Assembly: GCA_000697335.1 (NCBI GenBank)
Contig: JNEM01012461.1
Coordinates: forward strand, 1 to 44,273
Reading direction: 5' to 3'
Origin: Conidiobolus incongruus B7586
Lineage: Eukaryota
DNA length: 44,273 bases
Position numbers and translations under genes: made by a program. Shown here in pieces: positions 13,558 to 25,797 of the stretch (position 1 is its first letter; the number at the start of each line of letters is the position of its first letter). A model generated the notes under the pieces. The model worked only from the letters and a program-made list of their open reading frames with translations, was not told where the DNA came from and searched no databases.

Positions 13558-14952
13558 ATGTTACCTAATTTGAGTCCTAAAGCTTTAGAATTATATCAAA
13601 AGTTGGAAAAATTCATCAACGTAAATAAATATAAAATATAAAATATAAAATACATTAACTAGTTATTAATCGGCGTTAGGAGGACTGTTTGCCAGCTGAA
13701 GAACTTTATAGGAAACAACAGGGAGTGGGAGAACAACGTTGGAAAGTAATCATTTTAAAAAAGGATTTTGAAAATTATAACTCATAATTAGGTTTAGACA
13801 ATTCCGCCTATAATGGAAGAGTTGAAACAAAAAGCTAAGAGCTTAGGCCTTTGGAACCTGTTTTTCCCAAAGGACTACAACGAGAGTATAGGCTTAACCA
13901 ATTTGGAATATGCCCAACTCTGCCGGTTAATGGGTCGCAGTGTGTTAATAGCTCCCGAAGCTACAAATTGCAGTGCTCCGGACACTGGGAATATGGAAGT
14001 ATTGAGCAAGTATGGTACACGTGCTCAAAAGGACAGGTGGCTGAAACCTTTGTTAAATGGGGAGATTAGATCAGCTTTCGCAATGACGGAACCCCGGGTA
14101 GCTAGTTCCGATGCGACTAATATCGAGACCAGAATTGAGAAGTGTGGGAATCAGTGGGTGATTAATGGTAGAAAGTGGTATATTTCTGGAGCTGGTCACC
14201 CATTTTGTAAAGTATTGTTAGTGTTGGGAAAGAGTGATCCTAACAATCCCAAGCGTCACAAGCAGCAGAGTATTGTCATCGTACCTATGGATACACCAGG
14301 TGTCGAAGTCAAAAGACCTATGGGAGTGTTCAACTATGACGATGCTCCGTTCGGCCACTGCGAAGTTGTATTCAAAGATGTCAAAGTCCCTCTCGAAAAC
14401 ATCGTCTTAGGAGAAGGTCGAGGTTTTGAAGTGATCCAAGGACGCTTGGGACCTGGCAGACTTCACCATTGTATGCGAGCAGTTGGAGTTGCCGAACGTT
14501 GTTTGGAATTGATGCTTCTAAGATCCGCTGATCGCCATACTTTTGGCAAACGTCTCTACGAGCACGCAAGTCTTAGGGAGGAGTTTGTAGACTGTCGTAT
14601 TCTTTTAGAGCAGGCACGTCTCTTGACACTCGACGCAGCTCATCAAGTCGACCTTTACGGACCCAAGAATGCGAAGTTAGCTATCGCCGTAGCTAAGATT
14701 CAAGTACCTCGTCTATGTCTCGAAGTTGTCGATCGCGCTATCCAACTCTTTGGCGCTGAAGGCTTGAGTCAGGATTCTATCTTACCCGAAATGTATGCCC
14801 ATCTCCGCACATTGAGAATTGCTGATGGGCCCGATGCAGTCCACCGTATGCAAGTGGGCATTGCGGAAGTTAAAAAGATTCCTGAATTGGCCCAAAAGTA
14901 CCAGGGCTATCAGGCTAGGAAGAAGGAATTGTTGGCAAAAGCTAAACTTTGA
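13558..14952 (+). CDS. Acyl-CoA dehydrogenase, ACAD10/ACAD11-like catalytic domain, probably peroxisomal; join(13558..13620,13680..13745,13798..14952), 427 aa
   Basis: Motifs NCSAPDTGNMEVL, SAFAMTEPRVASSDATNI, GRLGPGRLHHCMR and LRIADGPD. Two GT-AG introns keep the frame. C-terminal AKL is a PTS1 signal. Confidence 0.92.
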
Positions 14953-15184
14953 TACATTATTATAGTTATTTTTTGAATATACTCATTGAATTGTAAACAT
15001 TTATTAGATTGGATTTAAGACGTGAATTGTTGATGTAAATTGAAAAGCTAAAATACCAAAAAAATCTAAAATTTTGATTAAAATTTCTTTAATTATTAAA
15101 CAATATTTGATATATCTGAATAACTACAAAGTTATTATAATGTTTAATTGAATTTGAATAATTATTTATTAATCCAGAATTATT

Positions 15185-18178
15185 TCAATTAATCCCTTCA
15201 ATACCTCCAGACAATATAGGACTCAAAATTGTTGGAGAATCATAACTTGCTGCAACTTGATTAGTATCCAAGGTCACGTCGTCATCATCCGCTGATATAT
15301 TCCAATCCTTCCTAAGCAACAATCCGTGCCACTTATCTAAAGCAAATTGAAGATCCATGTGATCGGTCAAATCCTTTCGAGGAGCTACACTGAGAGCGTG
15401 ACGATCATCCATTTCCAAATCCATGATGAAAGAGTGATAAGCACCAGGAGAAAAACCGAGGCGCAGAGAGTACTCTTTCGTATCGTTGTTGTTACCTTCC
15501 CATGAGCCTTCGTAAAGTTCGAAAGTAATTTGTGATAGGTAATCCATTTCGCCAAAGTTGTGATTACGGGTCTGAATAGGCAAATTGCTGAGAAGGACAA
15601 TATTGAGTAAAGTGTGAATGTGGGATTCTTTGGTAAAGTATAATCGACTGAGAGGGGAAGGACTGTCCCTACAAGTTTCGAGATCTTTGACGATTGCATT
15701 GAGCAGGCCTTTACTCATTGCCATACCAATTGCCAGGCGTTCGTCATTGGTGAGACCATACTCGCGAGGTGCGACCAAATCAAAGAAAATCTTGGCATTC
15801 TTGTACAAATGTTTAATCAAACTGAGATTTTGTTTGTCATCGACGGGTGAGAACATCGTTTCAATGAAGTGGCGATTGTGGAGCGCATCATATTTGAGAG
15901 AATCGTACAATTCACATACTTTGCCTGGATTAAATTGAGGATCATCAACATCGCAGAATTCTTTAATGAGTTTTTCCCACCTTTCGATGAATAAGGATAC
16001 GTTTTCATTACAGCACCACTCGAGTTGATCGAGTTCCTTTTGGTCGGAAGCTTTTAAATTCGCGCGCAACAGAAGTCGCAACTGGTTCAGATCTTCCTTG
16101 ATACTGTTCGCGAGTTGTTTTGGATGTACAGTTTTCATCTCTTCGCCAGGAGTTTGGAGGTACTCTAAAACGTCACTACTGTACTTTTCGGATTCGTGGG
16201 TGATAAGGTTACGAAGTTCAACCTTGACGCGATCCGTCATCTCTTTGGCATCGTTCGAATCGTCTAACAGGTCTTTTTTGATCACGATTGCATTCTCTTC
16301 CAAATGATCCACATCCAAAAATGCTTTGGTGAATTCTTCAGCAGTAGCAATGACGCGGCGTTCGGAGCTGGAAAAGATTTTAACGTCTTGGAACATGTTC
16401 TTATTAATGAAGCTCAAGTCTTTGCGCATTACTTCACCCAAGTCGCGAGAATGGTGGACTGCAGCGTGGGTAAATTCACCTCCCCATTTGATGATCACTT
16501 GAACACTATCCAACAATCCGGTGACTTTGTTCATACTGGGTTTCAACTGTACTTTGGTACCTGGCAACGACGATTTCTTGTCTAAGATCATTTTCATAAG
16601 ATTAAGGGGACTGTGATCGTTGGGTCCTTCTTCTTCAATAGCCAAATGGAGAGCAGTCTCAAATTTCTTGAGCTCTTCTGGTTTTCTCAACGTGACTTCA
16701 GAGTAGTTAGCGTCCAGCAACTGTTCGATTTGGGCACTTCTCACCTTGAATTTGGCCTTCTGCTTGGGTGTGCGGTCAGCATGTCGGAATACACTCACAA
16801 AACCCTTGAGGGTCCAGATGCGCTTGTCCATCGTGGGATTCTTATCAAAGCTAAGGAATTGACTCAACCAACGCTTCTGAGCTACTTCCATGAACATATT
16901 CCTCAAGATTTTGGCGCAATTGTCGTAGTAGGTATCATTGCCCTTGACGAAAGACCATCCATTCACGTCGATCACGAAGGATTGGCCGTTCATACGCAAA
17001 AGATCGAGTCCACAAACGGTTTGGCCGAATGCAAGACATACTCGACGTGCCATCTCCTGCTCCTGAGCGCTCAGTTCAGTAACGAATCGCATTTCTTTAC
17101 CGTCGACGTTACGTCTAACTACACCGTCGACTACTGGAGATCTACAATAATTTATTAGTATTATAATATTATTCTAAGATTATCAATTTACTTTCTAGTT
17201 TCAGCGTGGAAATAATTAGGACCAACAGTATAAACTTTAATGTCTTCGGCATTGTCAACATTAATAAATTCCTACATCACATTAATTTAAATATGTGTAT
17301 ATTATTATTATATTGTTAGATTTACTTCGTAAATAAAAGACTCTCCCTGTCTCAATTCGTTATTATCAGGTTCGAAACTTGATGACTTGTTAGCAACCTA
17401 AACATTTCATTAAGAATAATAAATCCAATGATGTAAAATTAGTTAATTACTTTTCTGAATAACCTCCTTGTACCACCACCCTGATCCGAATGATAATAAA
17501 TATTTACATTATGATTCTCACCGTACACAGGTTTTTCAACGAATGGTTTAGTTAGCGTTCCATCTCCGATTTTAATCGTATTGGCGTCAATTTGTTCCAA
17601 CTCACTAATCACTTCCATCCTCTTCAACTTCTCCCTAACAGCCGGAGCCAATCTCTCCAATATCTGAGGTTCTACCTTAGGTCCCCCATCCTTGCTCAAG
17701 ACCAAACGCTTTGGAGTTGGCACTCCAATTGCTTCCAAAACGTTGAGAACCAACCTACGATCCCAAAGGATTTTTTGTAACCATAAATCATTCACTAGGA
17801 AGGGTTTGCGTAATTCGACATATTTGATGGCTTTATCTAGAGGGAAACCAGTACTGAAGAAACTGATTAGAAAGTCGCAAATAGGCCAATTTTCAATATC
17901 TAGTCGACAATTAATATTGTGAAATTGAAAATTGTGATGAGGTTACCTTCATCCAATATAACCTTGTCACCAAAACTCACTACCTCGAACTCTTCATTCA
18001 CCATAATTCGTTCCAATATGTTTCGCATAGGTCTACTTCGAGCTTTGGCGTCCATTGCGCATATTCCTATAACGACTATTTCAACGGATTAGTATTCAAA
18101 ATGATTCATTTTTATTTCTGATTTACATTTTTTATTGAAAGGCGGTAGGGTAAAGAAATTGGTGAAAGATTTAACCAT
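15185..18178 (-). CDS. VIP1: Inositol hexakisphosphate/diphosphoinositol-pentakisphosphate kinase (Vip1/Asp1/PPIP5K); exons 18127..18178,17947..18075,17451..17899,17326..17397,17192..17271,15185..17141; 912 aa
   Basis: ATP-grasp kinase motifs [44 protein letters not shown] and DVNGWSFVK; histidine-phosphatase-like motif [10 protein letters not shown]. Five GT-AG introns give 2739 nt in frame. Confidence 0.95.
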
Positions 18179-18651
18179 ATTTTGATTTTATTTAATTATT
18201 TATTTCTATGATATTATTAATAGTATTAAATGATATTTTCTTATAATTTTTAAAAAAATGTTTAAATCTTAACAAATAGAGAAATGATTATCTTTTTATA
18301 GTCTCACTAATCAATTGTTGTGGATACACCAAATTTACTCAATAATTGTGGTCACTTTGAAAATTTCGGATCAAATTGGGTCACATATTTAATTCAGTTT
18401 AGCTAATTGGTCAGTTATCAATTGGTGCTAACTTATATGACCCTGTTTCACAATGTTGTAAATGAAATAATTAAAAAAAGAATATCAATAAATATAGGGA
18501 TAATTGAGATTTATATATAATTAAAATAAAGTGATAAATTATGAATGTGTATAAGGTAATGGATGAATAAATATCTGGCAAAAAAAGATGAAAATGTTGT
18601 GAAACGATTAAAATTGATAAGCCAAAGACATATTTTTATTATAGATAAAAA

Positions 18652-18724
18652 TGGAGAATCGGGGTATCGATCCCCGTGCCTCTCGCATGCTAAGCGAGCG
18701 CTCTACCATTTGAGCTAATTCCCC
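18652..18724 (-). tRNA. tRNA-Ala (AGC), intronless
   Basis: GGGGAATTAGCTCAAATGGTAGAGCGCTCGCTTAGCATGCGAGAGGCACGGGGATCGATACCCCGATTCTCCA forms a cloverleaf with anticodon AGC and the G3:U70 Ala identity pair. A T5 Pol III terminator follows directly. Confidence 0.97.
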
Positions 18725-19428
18725 TTAATGATTGATTTCAACCAAAATAACATATATTATTCACTTTTACTATTTTTCATTATAATATAATATATTATTT
18801 CTTGTTTCATTTATATCAATATTTTTAATCCTAATATATGAAATATAATTATTGATTTAATACACATACACTTTGATCACGCTAATAATATTAGTTATTT
18901 TATTAAATATTTTATGGGTAAATATAATGCTTATTTCGAAAGCAAACTTTGATTCCTGAAAATAAATTTTTTATTATTTGAATTCCGGTAAACAGTTGAT
19001 TATATTCTTCAAAAGAATCTACCATATTATTAAAAACTGACTACATTGATGAAATAAGGTTAAAATTTTCCAATTGAGGGTATAATTTTCAAACTATATA
19101 TTATATGAAGGTTCTGATATTTTATGATAAAATTGTTATTTTGCTTTGTTTTATTTTTTAACGAAATATAGTTTGAATAAATTTTTAATATTTGACAATC
19201 AAGTTCTGTCACCATTAGATAATTAATCAAATATCTTAATGGTATATTAAGTCGAAGTGAATCAAATCGTAAAAAGTAAATAAAATGTATTTCTAATTCA
19301 AATATTGGTTACAATGCTTTAATATATTAGCAGTATGCTAACACAATATATTAAATGAAAATTAATATACTATTAAGATATTTAAAAATACAATATTAAA
19401 ATGCAAAATGCAAAGAGAAGGTGCTACT

Positions 19429-20783
19429 CTACTTTTGATTATAAGAGTCCAGCTGTTCCTGATACTCAGCCATAAGAGCACGTTGTTTACCAATAGTGTC
19501 CTCGAAACGTTTCTAAAAATAAGTATCAGTATAAAAACTTAAAGCAAATATCAATTGATTTACTCTAATAATTGGATTGGTAATTCTAGTGAGTTCTTGA
19601 ACCTTCTTCTCAATATCTTTCTCCATATTAGAGATTGTGTCTCTCAATCTAGCCTTTTCAGCTGCATCTTCTTCGTCTTCTTCGTCATCATCTTCAGTAG
19701 TTTCGTCATCATCGTCATCGTCGTCATCGTCTTCTTCGTTTTGATTTTGAGCGGATGATTGAGCGTCTGACATGACAACTTCAGCTTCATCGCCGCTGGG
19801 AGCATTTGTATCGGAGCGAAGATTGGTACGATCGTCATCATCGTCATCTAAGAATTGAACATCGCTGGGGTCATCCATATCCACGTGACTATCTAATTCA
19901 TCCCGAATTGATCGCGCTAAGGCAGATTCGTTATCACTGTCGTAATCGGCGCCTTCATGTAAATCTGAATATACAATAAGTGTTTATGCAAATATTCATA
20001 TATTTTTGGTGCAAGCTTACCATAAACTACATCTATAGCATTCAAATCCTCTTCTAATAACTTTTCCAGCTCAGCTTCGACAGTTTCACCAATCTAATAT
20101 TCGGTTATAGATCATTTATTAGATTGTGCATTAATAGTTACCTGTTTCGTTGTTCTCTTTCTAAATCTTCTCTGTCTAGCATTCTTTAAAGGAGGTGTAA
20201 GACCATCAGGCCATAAGTAAGGCTCATCAGGGTTCATGGGTTTGGATGGTGCATTGCCAGAGTCTTGAATAACCAACATCTGAGATATATCCGCAATCTT
20301 ATAGAGATTTTTAGCGTCTAAAGTTTTGTGAGTTTCCACAATACAAGGTAAATCTACGAGACGTGTTGAGTATGTTTGATTGTCAAATACGAAAGTGCCT
20401 TTTCTATCCTCTGAAAAATTATTAGAAATGAAGCGAATAACTCACTCAAAACATAATTTACCTTGAAATTCTAATTTAACTCCTTCCAAAGGTTCTCTTT
20501 TATCCACAAGTTCTCTCAACTTTGGAGCCAAACTCTCTGGAACTCTCAAGATGATGTGCTCTTCAGGTGTGAATTCAATATCCAACTCATCTTCTATTAG
20601 TTTTTTGGTATTGATTTTCAGCAGAATCTTATTCTTTTCAGCTTCCGCTTCCCTTTGCTTCTTACTACGACGCTTAGCCCTAGGAGCACTTTTTGAAGAT
20701 TTGGAATCGCCAGTACCAGGTGCTTTGGGTTCTTTAATTCTTACTTTTTTCTGACTACTGGTGTCTTGTGTAGGGGGATTCAT
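19429..20783 (-). CDS. TAF7: TFIID subunit TAF7 (TAFII55); exons 20462..20783,20142..20410,20021..20093,19564..19964,19429..19512; 382 aa
   Basis: Motifs EEHIILRVP, LVDLPCIVETHKTLD.KNLYKIADISQML and WPDGLTPPLKNARQRRFRK, an acidic tract, and a C-terminal NPIIRKRF coiled coil. Four GT-AG introns give 1149 nt in frame. Confidence 0.93.
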
Positions 20784-20974
20784 TTTATTAATTTATTGAT
20801 AAATTATTTGAATAAAGTTTGCTATTATTTTTTTAGGATTTGGTTACTGAATATGCCTACCTAAATATTTTTTATTTGGTCAAATTCTACTTATGGGATT
20901 GGCTTATTCCTTAAATAACTTATTTTTTTGATTTCATAATTAAATTTTTTTTGATGAGTAAACTAATTTCAATA

Positions 20975-22201
20975 TATTATCTTACAATTGAAAAAATGGC
21001 AAATTTTTTAATTTCTGATTTTTTAAACATATTACTAGTTTCACGAAATATATACAGAATAAATAACAAATTATATAGTTTTAAACTATATATTTATATT
21101 ATAATGTTTTATTTATTAAACAATTAGTTTTTAAAAATTTATTTTTTAATTTATTTATATTTAAACTTAATAACTATCAAATGTCTATTATTTTATTATA
21201 AATAAAAACCATCATTAAAAATTATTTAAAAAATATAAATAGTTTATAAAAATGATTTTATAAATAAATGAATTATTTATTATTAGAAAAATTATTTTAA
21301 AGCTAATAAACATTTTAAATCTTAATAAATTCTAAAATATTAATTTTTATTATTAAATTTTTATTTATAAATAAAATAAAAATTACTCCAAGATATTTTT
21401 AATTAAAATTAAAAAGTTAGTAAAAAGCATTAATATTAGTTATATTAGCATATAATTTATATTAAAGTTTAAACTGGTATATTAAAAATATAATATATAT
21501 TTCTTATAATTTATCAAAATATTATTAAAAACAAAAATTTTTATTAATTTATTATTTTAATTAAAAATTTATAATTTGTTTTATATAATTCTTTATTAGA
21601 AAACAAATTAAAATATTAAATTAAAATTCTTTTTCTTAAATTCTCATAATTAAATATTATATTTATAACTAGAAAATAATTATTATTATAAACTATAATA
21701 ATATATTTAGTTTTGATTTAATTCTTAAAGGAAAGTGAATATATAATAAGTTTTTTATTATTTTTTTAAAAATATTTTTAATTAATATTATCAATATAAT
21801 TTGAAAAAACTTAATATTATATAATATTTATACCTAAATATAATATTAAAGTTATAAATGATTTTCTAATTATTTCTAATTAAAAGAAATTACCAAATCT
21901 AAAATATTTATTATATAAAAGCTTATATAATTATAATTGGTTTAAGTAATTAAAAAATCAACTTATAATAAAAAAAATCTCTATAAATTTAATTAAATTA
22001 TCAAAAATTAAATATTATTATTTAATAAAAACAATAATATTTTAGGTATTAGAAATTTACTAAAAAATAGCAAAAAATATTAATAATAAAGAAAAGTATT
22101 TATTTTACATTATATATATATATATTTCTAAATTATATATTCAAATGTTTATTTATTCTTAATCTGAAAAAAAGTCATAATATTTAAAATCTAGATTAAT
22201 A
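20975..22201 (+). mobile_element. Mariner transposon copy 3, extremely eroded
   Basis: Left end tattatcttacaattgaaaaaatggcaaattttttaatttctgatttttttaaacatattac aligns with the 5' ends of copies 1, 2 and 4. Colinear internal landmarks: ttaaagtttaaa, tcttataattta, tataattggtttaagtaattaaaaaa, ttaggtattagaaattta. Degenerate right TIR ends at ~22201. Confidence 0.82.
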
Positions 22202-22823
22202 AAAAATTTTTACTTTGATTAAATAATCTTTTATTCAAAATTTATTATAATTTAATTTATATTCAGGAATTTTAATGGAATTGAATGATATTTTTTTACT
22301 TTACAAAATTCTATAAGTTCATATAATTTTAATCTGAACATTTCTATTGAATTACTATATAACAAATATTTAATAATATAGCTCAATGAATTCTGTATCA
22401 TATAAATGTAATTATATTGTATTAATTAATTTGACAATTTGTGTTCATTTTATAACATCATAATATGACAAATCCTATCCAACTACTATACTATATAATT
22501 AAACACTTTTAATATACTTTTTGATAAAATTTTAAAAAACCTAATATATGATTAAAAATATAACCAGATCAATGTGTTATGTTGATATTATACATTATTG
22601 ATATATAATTATAGTTTTATATTACCGTTGATTTATAATTTTTAAACCATATAAAAGTATGTTAACTTGGTTTAAATTTTTGAAATTCATTTAAAAGGTA
22701 TTAAATAGGTATTCGATATTCAAGGTTATAATCTTATTAGATCACATCGATTATTCATAGTATAAAATTCATTTTTATGATTTTATATAATTTCTAAAAA
22801 ATTCCGAAATATATTTAAATACT

Positions 22824-22848
22824 ATATTATATTATATTATATTATATT
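22824..22848. repeat. (ATATT)n pentanucleotide microsatellite, ~5 units
   Basis: atattatattatattatattatatt read directly. Confidence 0.7.
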
Positions 22849-23841
22849 GTATCTAACAAAGATAGTGGTAAGGCTAATTAATATCTCATCACTGTATCTC
22901 TATAAGGTTTATAAGCATTACTTAGATAATGCAATTTCCAGATCTCAAATGAATCTTATAAATTAGGTGAATGAAGATCTAAAGGAATATTATCAATACA
23001 CAAAAGCGTTTCTAGTTTCGAAAATTAACTAAAAATTATTTTATGGGAGCTAATGACTTATAATTAAATCTTACCAATTTCATTTTATTAAGCTGAGATT
23101 GTGACGAAATGCTTTCAATCTCATTTGGTTTTATTCTTTTCACAATTTTTTCGGCTTTGAGCTTGAATCGCGAATCTACATCCATTATCTCATTATTTAC
23201 TAGTTTAAGTTGAGTTTAAATCTATATAGTTTATCTAATATGAATAAATAATAATATATGTTATTTTTTCATCTTAATACTCAAAGACCATTTAACAATT
23301 TTTATCAAACTCTAACCGCTGATCTTTAGAATCTTTTATTCAAACCTATTTCATCAATATTGGGTGTGTTTATATATTTCGTATAAGTTTTTACAAGCCG
23401 CAGGAATGAATGATAAGCTTAAAAAGCGGTTTATCTATATTAATATTCATAACTTTTAACTATATGTTTAATACTTAGACATTTTAAAGATTCTATAGAG
23501 TCATATGAAACAGTTCAAAATATTTTCAATTTTCTCCATATATTTTTATTATAAAAATAAAAAGCAAAATATTGTAATATGGCGGAAATAGCTTTTGATC
23601 CTTAATGGAAAATTATAGATTTTATAAAATAGCCCAAATTTTCCAATAACTAAATTATTCCTTCAATGTCTTTACAAAAGTTTTTTAATAAAAAAGATGC
23701 TGTGTATATTTAAAGTATTGGAACTCATTGCATAAATTTTTAAAACAATGGTAATCACTAAATTTTTGTCAATAATAGAAATTTAAAAAATTATCCAGTT
23801 TATTATTAGAATTTAATATGGCAGAAAAAGATAAATCCCTT

Positions 23842-24421
23842 TTACATAACGCAAGAAGGAGCAGATGGTATAAATAAGGAAGAATTAGAAGTGTTACTGC
23901 TTCTACGACTACTACGACAATCAGTCACTATTTTCCGAATTATACATGCTGAAATCACAATTGAATGTTTGAAATCCGATGGAACCTCTTCAGCAATGAA
24001 AAGAGTACCTACCTGGCTTAGAACTCTTCAAAGTGAATCCTTTCATTATCGCCATAACTCATTCTTCAGCAAATTTATCAACTAATATATAAACTGTGGA
24101 AAAGAAACCTTTACGTTTCCAAACCCAGTTGACATTACCAGCTTGGCCCTAATAACCTCCCGTAGCCTTGTAGCTAGAGTTAAATTTTGGGTAAAATCTG
24201 AAATTTTTCAAAGATGAGGTCAAAAAACTGAATGCAAAATTAGTACCAAAGAATGAATCGATACTTATTTGGACATAGTTAATACCTTCTTTAATAGTAA
24301 ATTTACACTTGGACCACTTTTTATCAATAAAATGAAAATCATTTTTGGCACCTGTGATTAAATAAATTTTCTTTTTGGATTCAGGATTATAAGTGACACT
24401 ATATAAGGTTTCATTTGACAT
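23842..24421 (-). pseudogene. Pseudogene of the tubby-C/LURP-one-like family, closest to 25198..25797
   Basis: Colinear with its neighbour over the whole length. Lesions: TAG at 24149-24151 (neighbour has Gln), TGA at 24059-24061, and a 4-nt duplication (acctacct, 24007-24014) causing a frameshift. Original stop at 23842-23844. Confidence 0.88.
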
Positions 24422-25197
24422 AATGTTTTTATTAATCCTTTAGTTAAACTTTTTATTTTGATGATTGTTAAGGGTCCCATATTTATATTATCAATTTAGT
24501 CAAACAAGTTGTTTGAGCTAAGCATTGTTATACAATATCATAAATCTGAAATAGATTTTTTACCATATTTTAGCTTTTGGTTTAATCCTACTTGATTTAT
24601 TAGTTTCAAATGATCTCTTAATATATATTCATAAATGTATTTACATCTATAGTGAATTTTTGTATTATGTATTATTTGATATACAATTTCAAAATTTAAT
24701 ATAGTTTTAATATGCTTTATGAAATCAATATTTTATTTGTACATATCATATTGAATAATTCAATTAGAACTTAGCCGCAAACCTGAGTATGGAGAAGAAA
24801 GATTAGTGAAATTATTATTCGAATTTTCAGCCAATATCAACTATATTGATCTTTGAAGACTCTTTTGTAATCAGGTTAATGTATTTTTTAGGTTCAAATT
24901 AAATCAAGAGAAATTTAATTAATTTTGCATTGTATATTTTTATAAAAAACAAATGGATCCTCCAATATTTTACAACAAAGTTTAATAAATAGAGGGATGT
25001 TGTTTAAATTCAAAAAAATAGTATATGTTTTAAATTAATATCTTTTTATTTAATAAGTAAAATTTGATGGTAAAATTAATCGAAAGTAAATATAATAATA
25101 GATTTTAAATATAAGACTATTCTTTTAATTAAAAAAATATAGCACTATGAATCTTATGTTTCAAATTTCTGGATGAGATAAGTTTTTGGATCAAATT

Positions 25198-25797
25198 TTA
25201 TGTGCATGTGTCTGATGCTGTACAGACTGAGGAAGAACCAGTACAGTCATTGCTTGCACCAATGCTACTACTACTACTACTACTACTAGAATCCCCAATC
25301 TTTAACTTCCAAACCATACATGCTGATATCACAATTGAATGTTTGAAATCAGATGGAACTCCTTCAGCAATGGAAAGAGTACCTGTCTTAGAACTCTTCA
25401 AAGTAAATCCCTTCATCACTGCCATAATTTGGTTGCCTGCATATTTGTCCACTAAGATATAAGATGAAGAAAAGGCGCCTTTAGGTTTCCAAGTCCAGTT
25501 GATATTACCAGCTCGGCCTTGGTAGTCTCCCGTAACTTTGTATCCTGAGCCAAATTTTGGGTAGAATCTCATATTTGTCAAAGTGGATGAAAACACAAAA
25601 TCGAATGCAATATTAATACCAAAGTATGAATTGTTTCTTACTTGGACATAGTCAATATCATCTTTAATAGTTAATTTACATTTGGACCACCTTTTATCAA
25701 TAAAATGAAATTCTTCGTCTTTGGCACCTGTGATTACATAAATTCTCTCTTTTGATTTGGGTTTATAAGTGATATTGTACAATATTTCACTAGACAT
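25198..25797 (-). CDS. Intronless 199-aa tubby-C/LURP-one-like family protein with Ser-rich tail
   Basis: Intact ORF with the family core NWTWKPKG.FS.SYILVD.....MA.MKGFTLK...GTLSI...VP..F.H.IVISAC. Confidence 0.8.
   Translation of the reverse strand: MSSEILYNITYKPKSKERIYVITGAKDEEFHFIDKRWSKCKLTIKDDIDYVQVRNNSYFGINIAFDFVFSSTLTNMRFYPKFGSGYKVTGDYQGRAGNINWTWKPKGAFSSSYILVDKYAGNQIMAVMKGFTLKSSKTGTLSIAEGVPSDFKHSIVISACMVWKLKIGDSSSSSSSSSIGASNDCTGSSSVCTASDTCT
25265..25288. repeat. (CTA)8 microsatellite encoding the poly-Ser tract
   Basis: Direct reading; AGT codons on the coding strand. Confidence 0.85.

Noticed and set aside
13851..20754. Overlapping or antisense ORFs inside ACAD, VIP1 and TAF7 (e.g. 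16613..17158)
   Set aside because: Shadow frames of GC-richer coding exons.
22860..23500. Possible spliced gene relic on the minus strand (open ~60 codons, GTAAGA...TTTAG, ACKNLYEI)
   Set aside because: No consistent gene model or recognisable domain could be built.
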